Shown: piece after piece, positions 26,901-39,520 of the stretch | Layout: each line of letters starts with the position of its first letter | Position numbering within the stretch: the first letter of the stretch is position 1 | Source: Acanthaster planci | Taxonomy: Eukaryota | Assembly: GCF_001949145.1 (NCBI RefSeq) | Contig: NW_019091357.1 | Span: forward strand, 1,576,746-1,640,745 | Direction: 5' to 3' | Length of the DNA stretch: 64,000 nucleotides | Notes under the pieces: model-generated | The model's database searches: none | Seen by the model: only the letters and a program-made list of their open reading frames with translations | Told to the model about the DNA's origin: nothing | Translations under genes and position numbers: made by a program

Positions 26901-27915
26901 CTGCATATCTTCATTTCTGGGGTTACAAATAGCCTGAAAAAATATGAAAAAACAAACACAAGTAATCAGTGGCGAGTGCTTTACAACATTTACACCTGTA
27001 TAAGGAATGCTTCATGCATGTCCCTCTTTACTGTCCCTCAGTATTGAAGCCAGCTGGTCTCTACAGGAAAGTAATACATTTGTATCTTGGTTTTTTTATA
27101 ATGACAAGAATTTTGCTGAGCTCTTACATGTATATACATGTATGGTAACAGGTGAACTGGGTCCTTTCTTTGGAAAGTGGCTCATATCCTACAGTGTCGA
27201 GTGGTAGCAAGAAAGCATCATGAAGTCTTACCCAACTTCTGTAGTAGTTAACCGCCTCCATCCCTAACCATCTCATCAATGCTCTTAGCGACCCAATCCC
27301 CACCCCCTAGAACTACCCTTCCATGTGATGTGCCAAGGGTCAAGATGCACATGGTAAAAACACCTGGGGCTTGAACACTGGACCAAGGTGAAAAGGTACA
27401 AAGGTGGGGAAGGGATGACAATTGGCAGGTGCATTACCGTTCTAATGGATTCCCCCGCCCCTCCATAATGCTGCAGGTCCTTCAGTATCTCGTCTGCCTC
27501 CCTTAAGACATCCTCCACCATGGAGTATACTTCGTCTTCGTCTTCCTTGGGCTCCGCCTCTGTTGGTAATCGGTGGAAAAATAATTAAGACAACAGCAGG
27601 CTTTGAATCCCAAACCAAGAGAACACAGCACAACTACAGTACTAACTAACAAGAGCATCCACCATGGGCACAAATTCAAGTACTGCTGGGTCACTTTTTT
27701 AACGCTCACGACTCAACACTCTGCTGTTGATTCTTCTCATTTATCTCACAAAAATATCGCCTTGGTGGACACTCCTGTAAATACCAATTTTCACGATCTT
27801 GAAAGGGTACTGCCCTGACAATGAGCCGATGGCTTTGGGACTCACTTTCGAAGTCAATGAAGATCTGAGGGTCGTCATCCTGCGGACCTCGTAGCTTTAG
27901 CAACAGGTTGCCCAT
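20907..27915 (-). CDS. FAM49: FAM49/CYRI (CYFIP-related Rac1 interactor), 10 coding exons, 326 aa
   Basis: Manual splice: complement(join(20907..20970,21782..21852,22095..22221,24083..24162,24734..24859,25298..25372,26274..26413,26828..26933,27438..27559,27846..27915)) = 981 nt, all introns GT-AG, phases compatible. Translation carries FAM49 hallmarks [125 protein letters not shown]. Confidence 0.97.
21264..21525. repeat. Minisatellite, 23-bp unit aagtcaagttactgtccagtctc, about 11.4 copies
   Basis: Head-to-tail units with few substitutions and no spacers; in the last FAM49 intron. Confidence 0.97.
21782..21852 (-). CDS. FAM49: FAM49/CYRI coding exon 9 ([24 protein letters not shown])
   Basis: Acceptor tgacag, donor gtaaga. 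Confidence 0.95.
22095..22221 (-). CDS. FAM49: FAM49/CYRI coding exon 8 ([43 protein letters not shown])
   Basis: Acceptor ctctccag, donor gtaagt. Confidence 0.96.
24083..24162 (-). CDS. FAM49: FAM49/CYRI coding exon 7 ([26 protein letters not shown])
   Basis: Acceptor cctgcag, donor gtaagc. Confidence 0.95.
24288..24545 (+). mobile_element. Degenerate tRNA-headed SINE (possibly V-SINE-like) in FAM49 intron
   Basis: ggtggctagtgtg A-box-like, GGTTCGAATCC B box, downstream gggttcttccctc..ctctggttttcttcct resembling a V domain. 3' end approximate. Confidence 0.6.
24734..24859 (-). CDS. FAM49: FAM49/CYRI coding exon 6 ([42 protein letters not shown])
   Basis: Acceptor catcag, donor gtaagc. Confidence 0.95.
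25298..25372 (-). CDS. FAM49: FAM49/CYRI coding exon 5 ([25 protein letters not shown])
   Basis: Acceptor atacag, donor gtgagc; contains the conserved YYRR Rac1-binding arginines. Confidence 0.96.
26061..26138. repeat. Compound 6-bp repeat (agcctg)n-aagata
   Basis: Blocks of 1, 2, 3 and 3 agcctg units separated by aagata; intronic. Confidence 0.9.
26274..26413 (-). CDS. FAM49: FAM49/CYRI coding exon 4 ([12 protein letters not shown]...[10 protein letters not shown])
   Basis: Acceptor atgtag, donor gtgagt. Confidence 0.95.
26596..26643 (+). mobile_element. Degenerate head of the same tRNA-like family
   Basis: tgcactcgtaagcaagatgtaataggttcgaattccat resembles the anticodon arm plus B box of the other copies. 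Confidence 0.5.
26828..26933 (-). CDS. FAM49: FAM49/CYRI coding exon 3 ([35 protein letters not shown])
   Basis: Acceptor ttttcag, donor gtaagt. Confidence 0.95.
27438..27559 (-). CDS. FAM49: FAM49/CYRI coding exon 2 ([41 protein letters not shown])
   Basis: Acceptor caacag, donor gtaatg; frame continuous. Confidence 0.93.
27846..27915 (-). CDS. FAM49: FAM49/CYRI coding exon 1 ([23 protein letters not shown])
   Basis: Acceptor ttacag 13 nt upstream of the ATG, so a non-coding upstream exon exists. Context GCCATGG; donor gtgagt. Confidence 0.95.
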
Positions 27916-30518
27916 GGCAACACACTATCTGTAACAAAAAAGTGCAATGGCAGCAGTTTACAATGTGTCAAACCTGCTGCTGAAGGCAAGACTAAAACAA
28001 ACTGTACAACAGGAACTGAAAGTTGACATCGAGGACACAGATATGTTGCATCCCTTGAATCTTCATACACCTGTATCGCACCTGTGCTTGGATGCTTGGA
28101 ATCGCATTTAATACTTGTGCAGGTGGTGTGGGGACCACTACCTCTAGTACCTACATATACATGTACTTCCACTTCGATATATTTACCAGACACAGCTGGG
28201 GGGGATTTTTTAAACACTGTGAATTATTCTTTTGATTTTGTACTGAAGGCCAACCACAGATTGCTAACCACTGGCATTCAAAACCTGTAACAGTGACAGC
28301 GCAAAGAATGGGTCTACTGAGCATGTGTGTCTGAGCATCTGTGTAAATGTACACTGTACACATTCACATGTACACATACATGTACATGTACAACATGTAT
28401 TCTATCATCCTATTAAATTCAATCTTTCCTGTTTGTATGTATGTCAAAGCTGACAGATAAATTCCCGTAAAATCCAATTTGACTGCAAGTTTACCAGGGA
28501 ATGACAACTTTGCATGAAAACTGCTTCCATTCCAGCCCCATTCAAACTACACCTTGCACGTTCATTCACAAGTGTCAAATGAGATACTAGTATTTATAAT
28601 CAATGGGGGAAATACTGCTTACAGACTGGACCCTTTACTTGGTTTGTGGCTAATGCAAAAACCTACATCATTTCTCTCAAAGTACAGTCACCACACACAA
28701 GTGCACATGTACATGTACATTGTACATGTACTTTCATACAGTACACTTTACACATACATGTACATGTAGGCACCACTGAAAGGGCAAACGAGAAAAGTGA
28801 CGACTAAATATGGTAACAACACAACATTGTAATTACAGGTCATTACGTCGCCTTTATCTTGCAGCACTGGTACTTTTTGGATGAGGAAGTAGGCTGCAAT
28901 ATCAAAAACTATACTCGTATGTACACATGCATTCAGTGCAAACAGAACCGAAGTTACAAAAAAATACAAGTTGCAGGTTACGACCACACAAGCAGCACAC
29001 GGATCTGCACAAGCACGGTTTGCCAGTTGAGAGAACGATTTCATTTCCTTTAGGAACATGACACACACAGCAAACTGAAACCGTCAGACAAATACACAAG
29101 TGATGCCCCACACACTAGGTGTATGTGATATACATTGTACAATGTATTGTACCGTACTCAGCGACTGATTCAAGATACATGCTTACACCAACATGAAGTG
29201 AAGAAACAGACTGGCACTGGACAATGTGCTGCTCTGGAAAGGCAATTTTACATTCAAATACCAACGGTTTAGTACTGAGTGCTATTAACATCCATATAGA
29301 GAGGCAATGACACAGTGGTGGCAAGGCACAATATGGTGGGAAAGACTGACTGGTAAAATTGGACAGTACTTAAATATTAAAAAAGTCTACAAGAAGTTGC
29401 TTTCCTCTCCAAAAATGCCACATCCACGGGATGCATTCTCAACACAATGTACTGTGGTGAGGTTCGATCTTGGACGTGTTGGAGAAATGAATTACACACC
29501 CAATTTTTCTGAGACATTTGGCTAGAATTCTCTCCATTCCTCCAAAGTACTTGTAACCAATAGCACATACTTGGTACTTTCTAGAAGCACTGAGCTCTGT
29601 GTTAAGTAATCAGTGATTGGGTTCTGCTTTCCTCGATCAAAAAAATCCTCCAAGAGTTTGACTTTCCATTTTGAAATTCATTTGGCATTCTCTCCAAGCT
29701 AGGACTAACTTGGTTACTAACCATTACATGCATTAAAACCTACCGCTACATGTACATGTACAGTATATAATTTCAGACCAAAGCCATCTCATTTGGATGT
29801 GGCCTTATACTTTCTGACATGAACCTGCCAATATCTTTGTCATGGTGCAAGTCAGTATGGCTACTTTGAGGATCAATAGAAATTGAATTTTAACTCTGCC
29901 AAGATGAAAACTGCCTGCACATGACAGCCTCTGCCATCCAGCGTACTGGTACATGTATGTACATGTAGGTATGGTACAGGCCACAAGTTTTCAATTTCAG
30001 AATCTGGAGTGCGTGGAGCGATAAATTGTCTTCACTGTCATTCGGGATCAAAGTCCAATCGTATAATGCTCTTGCAAATGTTTATTGGCTGCTTGTGTGC
30101 ACTTGAAGACGGTCAAACGACAACCACAAGTCTTTCATCAACGAGCTCGATGTAAATGTAAATCCAGCCACACAAAGCAGTATCACATCTACTACACGTC
30201 GCTCAGATAGCATGCTCATCTTTTTCTGCAAGATGCCGAACATTCAACACCACGCAGGGCCAATCATACTTAAGTCCATCACCATGCGCCATCAAATATT
30301 TACATGTACCAAGCTACCATATCTTCAAGAGGCCAGCGACATATGTTGATTCAATTTAGGGATGGGACATACATGTATTTCTCATTTAAAGCGCAATGCC
30401 TTGTACAAATATAAGCTCCATTCCGTATGGCTTCCACACATTATGCAAAGGTCTTTCGGCAATTAAGGTTTTACGCGGAGGCCTTATAATATTGGTGAAA
30501 TTTTAGTAAAATTTCATG

Positions 30519-30591
30519 ATAATTTCGTTTTCAACAAAAGGTATGCAAAATTATTTTACATACCAGTGCCTTTTGTTGAAAACGAAATTAT
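30519..30591. repeat. Perfect 23-bp inverted repeat with 27-nt spacer
   Basis: ataatttcgttttcaacaaaagg (30519..30541) / ccttttgttgaaaacgaaattat (30569..30591). Confidence 0.85.
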
Positions 30592-32014
30592 GATGTTACA
30601 CTTGCTTGAAACAAACAAAAATTCACACGTTACTCTCATCCTTATAAAGGTTTCAAACTATAGTACATATTCTGGAGAATGTGCCTAAAACATAAGTATA
30701 CTGTACATGGACTGTACATGTACCGACCAGGGCATGTGGCATGTTTCTACAGGTACAATTTATTTGAGACTGCTCCTTTAAAGTTGATGCTGTGGGAATT
30801 TTGCTCTCACAATGTCAACAATCTTCAATTCTGCTTTAACTAAAAAGATTCGCCCAGCCAGAGGTCTGTGGAAATGTCAGGAATTTCAAATTGAATTACA
30901 CAGAGATTTCCATAGAAAGGTCTCCATGAACACTGACCATCAACTTGACCGAACACTCATTTTAAACACAGCCAGATTTGTACTGTGATGTTTAATTTTG
31001 TTGTATAATGGGGATAATCACATGCGCATGCACTTTCTGCTTTTTTTTGGAAGGGGTGTTTCAATTTCCATCCAATATGTAAATAAATAGGGACCTACTC
31101 TCTCTACTGTGTCTTATAAGTTTTTTGTTCACTTTTTGTGTTCAATGCATTTTCAGGCTGTCAGGATGTATGGCATGTAAGTCCAACATGTACATGTAAA
31201 TGTATGAGTTATAATCCGTTATCAAGTTATCACATGATCGGAGGCTAGTTTTCCAGCCGGAATCGGGCGGCAATTTCTGTGATTGGGGAAGCAAACGTGC
31301 AAGTGCTACACAGGATGAGCCCATGAAGTCAAAGGGCAGCCGGGCCTAATAAAAATTGGTCGAAATGAAGGCGCGGGTTTTCCAACAGGATATCCTGCTG
31401 CATACGAGACGGTGTGGTTAGTTCCTCAACGCTTGACTCAACAAGCTCGGGTTGTGACAACACAAACTGTGCCAGTTTTGCAGGGAACCTAAAAAACACT
31501 GTTTTTAAACTGAGAGTTTTCTTTTAACACGCCACACACGGCCGTCCATAAGATTTAAATTTTTTTTACATGTACATGTACTTCACATATCCATATTAAC
31601 ATACACATGTTCACGTACAAAGTTCATTTGTACATGTATTTTGTTACCTGTATTACATGTCTGTCTGCCGATACATGTACATGTACATGTACGTCTAGTT
31701 TTCAGAACATCTACACAAAAATTAACGCTGTAATTAACACTGCAGAGTTGGTCAGTATAAATTTATAAAGCGATTTATACAATTATCGGATTCAACTCTT
31801 TGAGGATGATTTCAAACGGCTCTGAAAAAAAGGTAAAACTGTCACACCATTACATGTACGTTCTAGTTAGCGGTATTTGACACTTGCGCATACATTTGCC
31901 TTTATTTGTAGCTAAATGCACAAACGATGGGAAAGGGAGACAATGGTACTTGTTCCACTACAAACAGTTTTTTTTCCATCTCACTTTAACCCTAACTGCC
32001 CAAGGGTTGCTGGA

Positions 32015-32200
32015 CCTAACCTTCCCCATTCACACAAAGGCACATGAGACTTTGTGCACGGAGGCTGTTGGTTTAGTTTTTCTGAGGTATGCCAAACCCA
32101 ATGCAAAAGCCAGCTGTTATGGGCCTACCAGACTTATCCCCACAGAATGAAACACTTTACTACTGTTTAACTCTGTGTGGTTGGGGAAGGTTAGGGTTAA
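32015..32200. repeat. Inverted repeat / decayed MITE
   Basis: cctaaccttccccattcacacaaag vs ctctgtgtggttggggaaggttagg. Confidence 0.5.
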
Positions 32201-34847
32201 GCCCACGTACATGTACATGTAAGTACAGGATTATTGCTCACACTTGAGCACATGAGGGTAACCGATACGGTTGTTTAAACTAGTGATTGTGTTACAATCA
32301 AAGACAATGCACTGTAATATAATAGAACGACATGTACAAGTAGCTGGACACCCGGTTCCATGTTTCCAGCGACTCCAGCTCCGGTATAGGGGTCAGCCCA
32401 TTCAAACAGGAAAGCCAAGTGCATTGACAGGTTGACACGCACGGCTGAGCAGAGCTGACAAAATTGGGCAGCAAATAGAATCCGTATCTCAAAAGGTTGA
32501 ATGAAAACACCCGATGTCTGGCTAAGCAACCCCCAACAAATAAAATAAAATAAATAAAAAAATAAAAGGAGAATGTTGAACTGCAGCGCCACTCTCAACA
32601 AAAGAGGGAAAATTTTACATGTACATGTACATGGGTACTGGGTACTTTTTTTTTACACTGTAAATTGGCTGGGTAGTACACATAATCTTTGCGTTGTGAG
32701 CTCATGGCTATGGTACAGATGTACTGTACCGGTACCTCAACTCGCCATTTGTTTGGAAGCTAAGTTTATACATGTACATTGTATGTAAGTCCCTTTAATT
32801 TAAATATGACTCACTGCTGATGTCCATGTACCGGTACTTATAATTTGCACTGATGTGGTACGTGTCATGTATTTCACACCGAATGCATTAATGTCATGAC
32901 CTGAATCTCTTTGGGAAATTTTGAGAGCATAAAACTATGAAAAATGTCTCGGAAAGGAAACAGAAACAAGTTTCATCTTCCAATAAACTACAAGTTTAAA
33001 AAGGTCAAATAATTGACAGGTACAAGTATTTAGTTTTTGAGGGAATTTGAAGAGGAGAAACATGATTTTATTCCAGTGTGTCCCCCCACTTGATCATCCA
33101 ACAGTGACTGGATGCATTGCCCGGGGATGGACTTTCCATTAAATATGATCTAATAGAGACGACATTAATTGAGAATTAACAAACAGAACCGGAGGACACT
33201 GAAATCCTGTAAGAGCAGCACGCACACGGAAAGAAAAATGGGCCGAGGAACGGGAAGATCTCATTAACATTTTCTTAATGTACTCTTGGGACGTTTTCAT
33301 TTTAAACAAGAAATACCGAAGAAAAAACTTGGAGCACTTCAGATCAAAATTACAAGGATATGTTCTTTGGCTCTACTTACGGGGAGGACGAAAGACTGAT
33401 TACATTGCCCCCATCAAACAAATGACCTGATAAATTTATACAAGTAATAATAAAAACATATCAACCTACATGAATCGACCTCCTTATAAAGCAAAAACAC
33501 AAAACAAAGATCTCAAACTAACATTTCTGAATTTCCGGTACATGTACATGTATGACACTGTACACAACTGTTAAGTACACAGTAAACATTATGTACAGTA
33601 CAGTATGTACAATGTACATGTATGTAGGTGCATGCTTGTGTACGTAATGAAAACTGACATCCAAAACAAGATTTCTTTCATAAGTACATGTACAACCCTT
33701 TAAACAGAAAAACAGTATTTGGTAGCCATTGGCTCCTAATGGGGAAAAATCTAGGTGCCAGTCAATCCACGAAATCAGGGTTTTCGCCAAGGGTTCAGCC
33801 ATGGATGTTTTGACGTCCGTAGTTTCAGCGTGTCTCAGGACACCCTGCTCCATGAATCGCGCTATTTCTGACACTCTAAATCACAGCGACACCCTTTAAT
33901 TCCGGCAAGAGCTCTGTTTCAGGTTTCATTTACGTTGAAGCAAAAAAGCAGCAAAAAATGGAACCCATGCCATGCCGTGGCTTGTAAACTGGCCCTGGTG
34001 TCCGTATACGGTGCATCAACAACATATGTTTAGATCGGGAACCAACCAAACCGTGCGCATGATCGCGACACATGTACATGTAAAGTATGGTACATGTACA
34101 TGTATATGTACAGCGCACTCGTATGCACATGTACATGTATGTTGGTCAAACTATTTACATGTGCAGTTGAGGCTAAGGAAATCATTTGCATACCGAGTAT
34201 GTTCAACGATTACGCACATCACTTTATGTGCATTCCATATACATGTAGAGTGTGCACTGATTTGCTATATTAACCATGGCCTTCTATTTTGTTAATTTAA
34301 CAAGAGAGCTGTTCTAATATCCCCGGTGCCAACCAGGCTCACCGGAATGTAACATTAATAAATTACCCAAGTGTGCACTCGGCGCAGGAAATAATTGGAG
34401 ATTGGAATCCTTGTTCCATAACAGACGTAGTGGAGCGTTTATGAGTGCCTACTCCATCATGCCAACACACAGTGACAGGGATGATTTGGGGAGTGGTACT
34501 GAAGTGCTAAACAGAATTTCTGACTCGGCAATCCTGGCAAGCCTTTTTTTTTTTCTGGATGGGAAAGAAGTCTGCATCAGTATTTGGCAGGCTATTAAAG
34601 GCAAGCTGCAGGGAAAATCGAAGTCACAAATACTGTACGTGTACATGTATATAATGAACAGAAATAGCACACTACCCTTGTATATGTACCGATACATGTA
34701 CATGTATTTTACTTGTATGGCTGAAATGACAGCAGAAAACTTGGTAATATTTAACATCAATAACATTTTGATTTTCAAGCTTTCTTTGGAACGGTTTGCT
34801 GAAGCTGCAACAGACCCTCTTCACTTTTTCAAGGATGGATTTGTGCC

Positions 34848-35013
34848 GGGAAGATGTAATTAGTTTTGGATTTTTGCCCTGCCCGACGTGTATTTTAACA
34901 CTGCATATATGCCCATTGCCCCCGAAAGCTTGTGAAAAATCCACAAACGTACTCACGCAAGCGGGTGGGACTCGAACCCACGACCTCCTGCTTACGAGTG
35001 CAGACGTCTTAAC
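34848..35013 (-). mobile_element. tRNA-Thr-like headed repeat, copy 3 (5'-truncated)
   Basis: Same B box, anticodon arm (loop ACTCGTAA) and tail as copies 1 and 2; flanked by a 12-bp direct repeat agaccctcttca (34812..34823, 35023..35034). Confidence 0.85.
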
Positions 35014-36960
35014 TGCACTGGTAGACCCTCTTCATGTTTTACATGTACCAGTGCGTGTAACAACTGCATGAGACACGGATATGATGATACGGGGTCCAAT
35101 GTGTGACTTTTTGTGCTCCCTGTTACACTTCAACTGTTTAGGTTCACAAGGAATCGGATGTACGGCATCACTGAAATTGATTGTAGGTTTACCATTTTTA
35201 TCTGTTAGACAAGTGAGTTGCATATTAAATGTGTAGCAATATAATCAGTTATGGAAATCAAAGAATGTGTTTGAAACAAAATCATATATATAGGGGCATG
35301 AAAAAATGGGACCTCAAATTTACAGACTGACCCATCTGGTAATGAATTTCTTTTAGCGGTACAAAGCAACAGAGGATCCATATTGACACAAGTGTGCAAG
35401 CCCTGGAGGGCTGAGTACCCATTGTGGTTCCCCGTCTAGTCTTTGCTCTGGACACCAATCATGTCACCGTACAGCCCTCACCCTGAATAGAACAAGGAAA
35501 TGAATACCTCCTCCAAAAACATTCAGAACTCCAAGCTGTAAATGAAGCACAATATTGCCCGAGGTTAACATGTTTCAGGAGGGGGAGGGGGGAGTTAAAG
35601 AAGACATGGCAAGGTTTTGATGAGGGAAATCTGAAGATTTGACAATGTATCTTTTAGACTTTCAACCTGAACACAATAAAATAAATGTCAGACAAATATT
35701 GTTGAGCTCTCTCAACCTGCTCTAGTGATAACGCAGAAGCATAATTCCTTTGTCAATGGCCACTGGACAAAGCTTCCTGCTAACAATAATGGAGGGGACA
35801 CCCCTGAAGGATTGTATCAAAATGCCCTGAACAGGAAGTTTAAAAGGTAACAAACAGAGTGGTTTTCAATGGTCTGATGTAACATAAGACCTGTTCACTT
35901 TCTAGGAATCAAGTACTGCTTTCAGGCAAACAGGGAAAAGGACTTTCAGCATGTTCGGGCAATTCCCTGGAATGTCGCACACTATATTTTAGAGTGTTTT
36001 TACATAAAATTGTAACAACAGTTATGCACACATGTACATGTAAATACTGTACATGTTTTTCCAAGGTTTTACAAGATACATGTACCACGACATGAAAATG
36101 GCATTGCAAATGTCCTTAGTTTCAGTGACACTTAATGTCATAATCTTTAGCGTTTTTTAAACATGGTCCACAAAACACAAAATTGACTACCAGTAAACAT
36201 TTTTTTCTTGCATGTATGCAAAGAACAATATGAAGACCTGAGTCCAATGCAAGGCGACAAAGCAATGTACATGTACTATGTGCATGTTCTTCACGTATGT
36301 ACCGGTATACCGTTGGGCAAACTGTTCTTGAAATGTGAGCATACTGTGAGAATAACTGTCCGAAATGTCGAGTTCCCTCTGGTTCTTTACAGACCCACAC
36401 ATACATGTACTCACGAAAGACTACAGCAGTCCTTTTACTTTTAAAACTTGCCACCTTCGCCATGACAAGCTTCAAAGCTCAACCAAATGTGATCTCACAA
36501 AAACATCAATTATTCAGTGAAGATACAGTACTGGGTGATCCACTCCAGGATCGGGAGAGGACAAGCTCACTGTGATTTACTTCACTGGCCTGGGTGAATG
36601 AGAGATTCCGGTAGTCGAATTGTGACAGTTTAGTCAGGAATGCCATCTACAGATGGCATAGTAAACCAATGATATGATTCCACAACAGCGACGTCCATCC
36701 ACAGACAACTGGGACAGTCTGAGTCTGTGATGTGGAAACTGCTCCAACTGACCTTCCTGCCTGCACAAAATTGATGACTTTACCAGAAGAAATAACTGTG
36801 TCATTGCTTTTCTGTGCACTATTAATGCAGCGTGGCAAAATATTGATTTGGGGTCACTCATGTACATGTATTTCTGCATTTTGAATGCACATGATACAAA
36901 AAGTCCCAAAGAAGAAATGCTCTATTGTACCATAGCACTGGTTACGCATCATCTGGAAAC

Positions 36961-37266
36961 CAGGGCCCAGTTTCATGGTGCTGCTTACCATTGAACAAAT
37001 GTTTTTTTGCTAACCATGGGACAAACATTTGCTTAATAATGGTAAGCGTACTTCATGGAATCATTTCGCAGTTGCTGTGCTTAGCACAGAAATTGCATAG
37101 AGATTTCCTTTGTTGATACCAGTACTCATGAGCAAATTTTTCTTCCAAGAAACCGTGTGTAAGTGTGCCTTTCCCTGAGCTTATTGCTTACGGTCTCTAT
37201 GAAATATGCAGAGCCTCTGTTAGCGTAAAACTGTGTGCTTGGACGGACCATGAATTTGGGCCCCAG
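36961..37266. mobile_element. MITE with GGGCCCA-TTTCATGG terminal inverted repeats
   Basis: cagggcccagtttcatgg at left, ccatgaatttgggccccag at right; internal sub-terminal repeats (gcttacc/ggtaagc). Confidence 0.7.
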
Positions 37267-37752
37267 CTGAAGTACAAGTACATATAAGTACATGCACCTG
37301 TACACTGTATGTACAGTACATTTTATCCCTGAGGTACAGGTACATGTACCAAGTATTACAACTTCCCTCATTCATGTTGATGGAAGTTGCTTGTGATAAC
37401 CAAAGCTTGCTAGAGACAGAATTCAGACTTTGGATCACTTGGAAGTGACAAAAAAGCGGGGGAAGAGCAGGTGTACCGTACGTCAGCCTGGTTTTGGAAT
37501 GTTGCATTATGAATTAAATAACTATCGATTGTACATTTACGTGTATGTTAAATCTGTTAATTATATACAGTGTGAACCTCACATCTGCAATATTATATTT
37601 GTTAAGTTTCCGTAATGTGATCACATGCTTTCACTCTTTCAAAGCAACATGAATGTGTAATTTCCAATCACTAAAAACACCTACCGGTACTTCATGTAAC
37701 TCCGGTACAAGTAGACCTCCACTATGTGGTTGAGACTAATTAAACCACTGGG

Positions 37753-37982
37753 AAGGAATTTTGAAAGAGTTCCATATACGGACAACACTTGAGGCCCCAT
37801 GCACAAACCTATGAGATTTGTATTAACAAACCCAAGTGTTCTCTAAGTAAATGCTTCAGAATTTTCTTAGCAAAATTTCACTTTTTCGGACATGTTATCA
37901 CTTTCTGATGGCTGTTATAACATTTTAAGGGAAACTTAACGTTGTCAGTACACGTATATGGAACTCTTTCCAAGAATTCCTT
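37753..37982. mobile_element. MITE with about 28-bp TIRs
   Basis: aaggaattttgaaagagttccatatacg / cgtatatggaactctttccaagaattcctt. Confidence 0.7.
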
Positions 37983-38337
37983 ATCCGGTCATCAAGATTC
38001 TTGAGCTTCTTAAAACTCTAACAAGGAAAACTTACCTTAACCAACTTTTCCTCAGTTTTTTTCAAGCTGACAGACTTGTTTTCAATAAAACTTCAAGGCG
38101 ACTGAGGCAGTACATGTATGTCTGAAGGTGAGTGCATGGTGGTCAGATATGGAACTTTTGCCAATGCTTGGCATTTCAATTTACATGTAGGTGAGTATAC
38201 AGTTTGAGTGTGGCCTTGTTTATAGTTGTTCTGTTTGTAAATTGTAGTTTTTGGTTCATGGCCTTTTGGGAAGTGTTGCAGAATCCTATGTCAGAATCAC
38301 ATTACACCATTTACCTCACAATAAAATGTAAAAATCA

Positions 38338-38501
38338 TACAGGGCAGGAACTTTGTTCTTGAAAGGGCAAGGCAATTTTTCATTTGCAAAGGGTACTGGT
38401 ATTGGAACATCATACTAGGGAAATTTCAGTGGGCATTGAGGCAAAGATCAGGGGCATCAAGGCAACTGGCTCCTATGCCTCTGTGAAATTCCTGCCCTGT
38501 A
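38338..38501. mobile_element. Short non-autonomous DNA element with CAGGG termini (hAT-like)
   Basis: tacagggcaggaa / ttcctgccctgta perfect 13-bp inverted ends. Confidence 0.7.
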
Positions 38502-38959
38502 GCTAGGCCCTACCGCCGTGGTATGTACATGTATACATGTGTGCATATGTACATGTACTTCACAAGCAATGAAATTCAACATGTCCAATAGGCATGATGG
38601 AAGAACATTGCAAACTTTCAGTACAGAATGCCCGACAATCTTTCCCATGGCATTGAGGAAAGACTGCTGCATACTGCTCAATGATCACTTCCACTTCTGC
38701 AGTTGCGTACGTCACATAAAAACACACCTATGGAGAGTCAGGAATATTTTCTAATTAGGCCCTGAGCATATATGCTAGGCCCTACTTTCTAACAAAATTG
38801 GGAATAAGCCGATTCTCGGTCCCCGATTCATGTCATTCCTTCTTTTCAGTATTTCTAGCAATTTGTACAAGGACTTGACTTTTATGAAAAAAGTATAGAA
38901 GATTCAACCTTCTTTCAGAACTTGAAGCTAGCCTGGACCCTGCCAATCCTTGTGTGGAT

Positions 38960-39520
38960 TGTGAAATTGTCGACTACAGCCCGCATGCAGTGCACTCTCG
39001 CTCGGCTAACTAAAAATAAAATGTAACACTAGCGGGGTATGCATAGCGCAGCTTCACGCACGTTTCAGTGTTTCAAACCGATTTTTAGAACCACATTACC
39101 TCAATTTATGTCCAACAAACACGTCTCCAGACGCTCCAGTATCCAAAGAAATCTTCACCAAGTATAAATATCACCAGGACTTCAAAAAATTACTTTTTTT
39201 TACAAGGGATACTTGCACTGTACACCGACTAAAAATCACTTTTCATGTAGTATTTCCGGGTTAGTTCAGCGGCGCCAGAAACGAAAATGCATCATTATGC
39301 ATGCAGGATGTATTGAATATAGCGCAGCATGCGTGGTATGGACCGCGCAGAAGATAGAAAGCGCGAATGGAGTGATATACTCCATGCAACAGCGGGAATG
39401 AGTCTGGGTCCATAACTTATTCTGCATAAATTGCGAGTCCAAAAACAGACGACAGTGCGGGGGGGGGGATGTGTAAAAATACATAGACTAACAGTAGATA
39501 TCCCAGAGTGCCGTGTTAAA
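38960..39520. promoter_or_regulatory. Probable bidirectional promoter (FAM49 leftward, RAD51AP-like gene rightward)
   Basis: Local CpG-rich patch within CpG-poor DNA; Ets-like ttccgg at about 39254; minus-strand donor GAG|gtaatg at 39100/39099 for a FAM49 non-coding first exon; plus-strand candidate leader exon 39718..39766 (ttttgcag...|gtaagt). Confidence 0.55.

Noticed and set aside
28000..38700. Numerous 60-150 aa ORFs rich in MYMY/VHVH/TCTC
   Set aside because: Artefacts of TACATG repeats, which lack stops in all frames.
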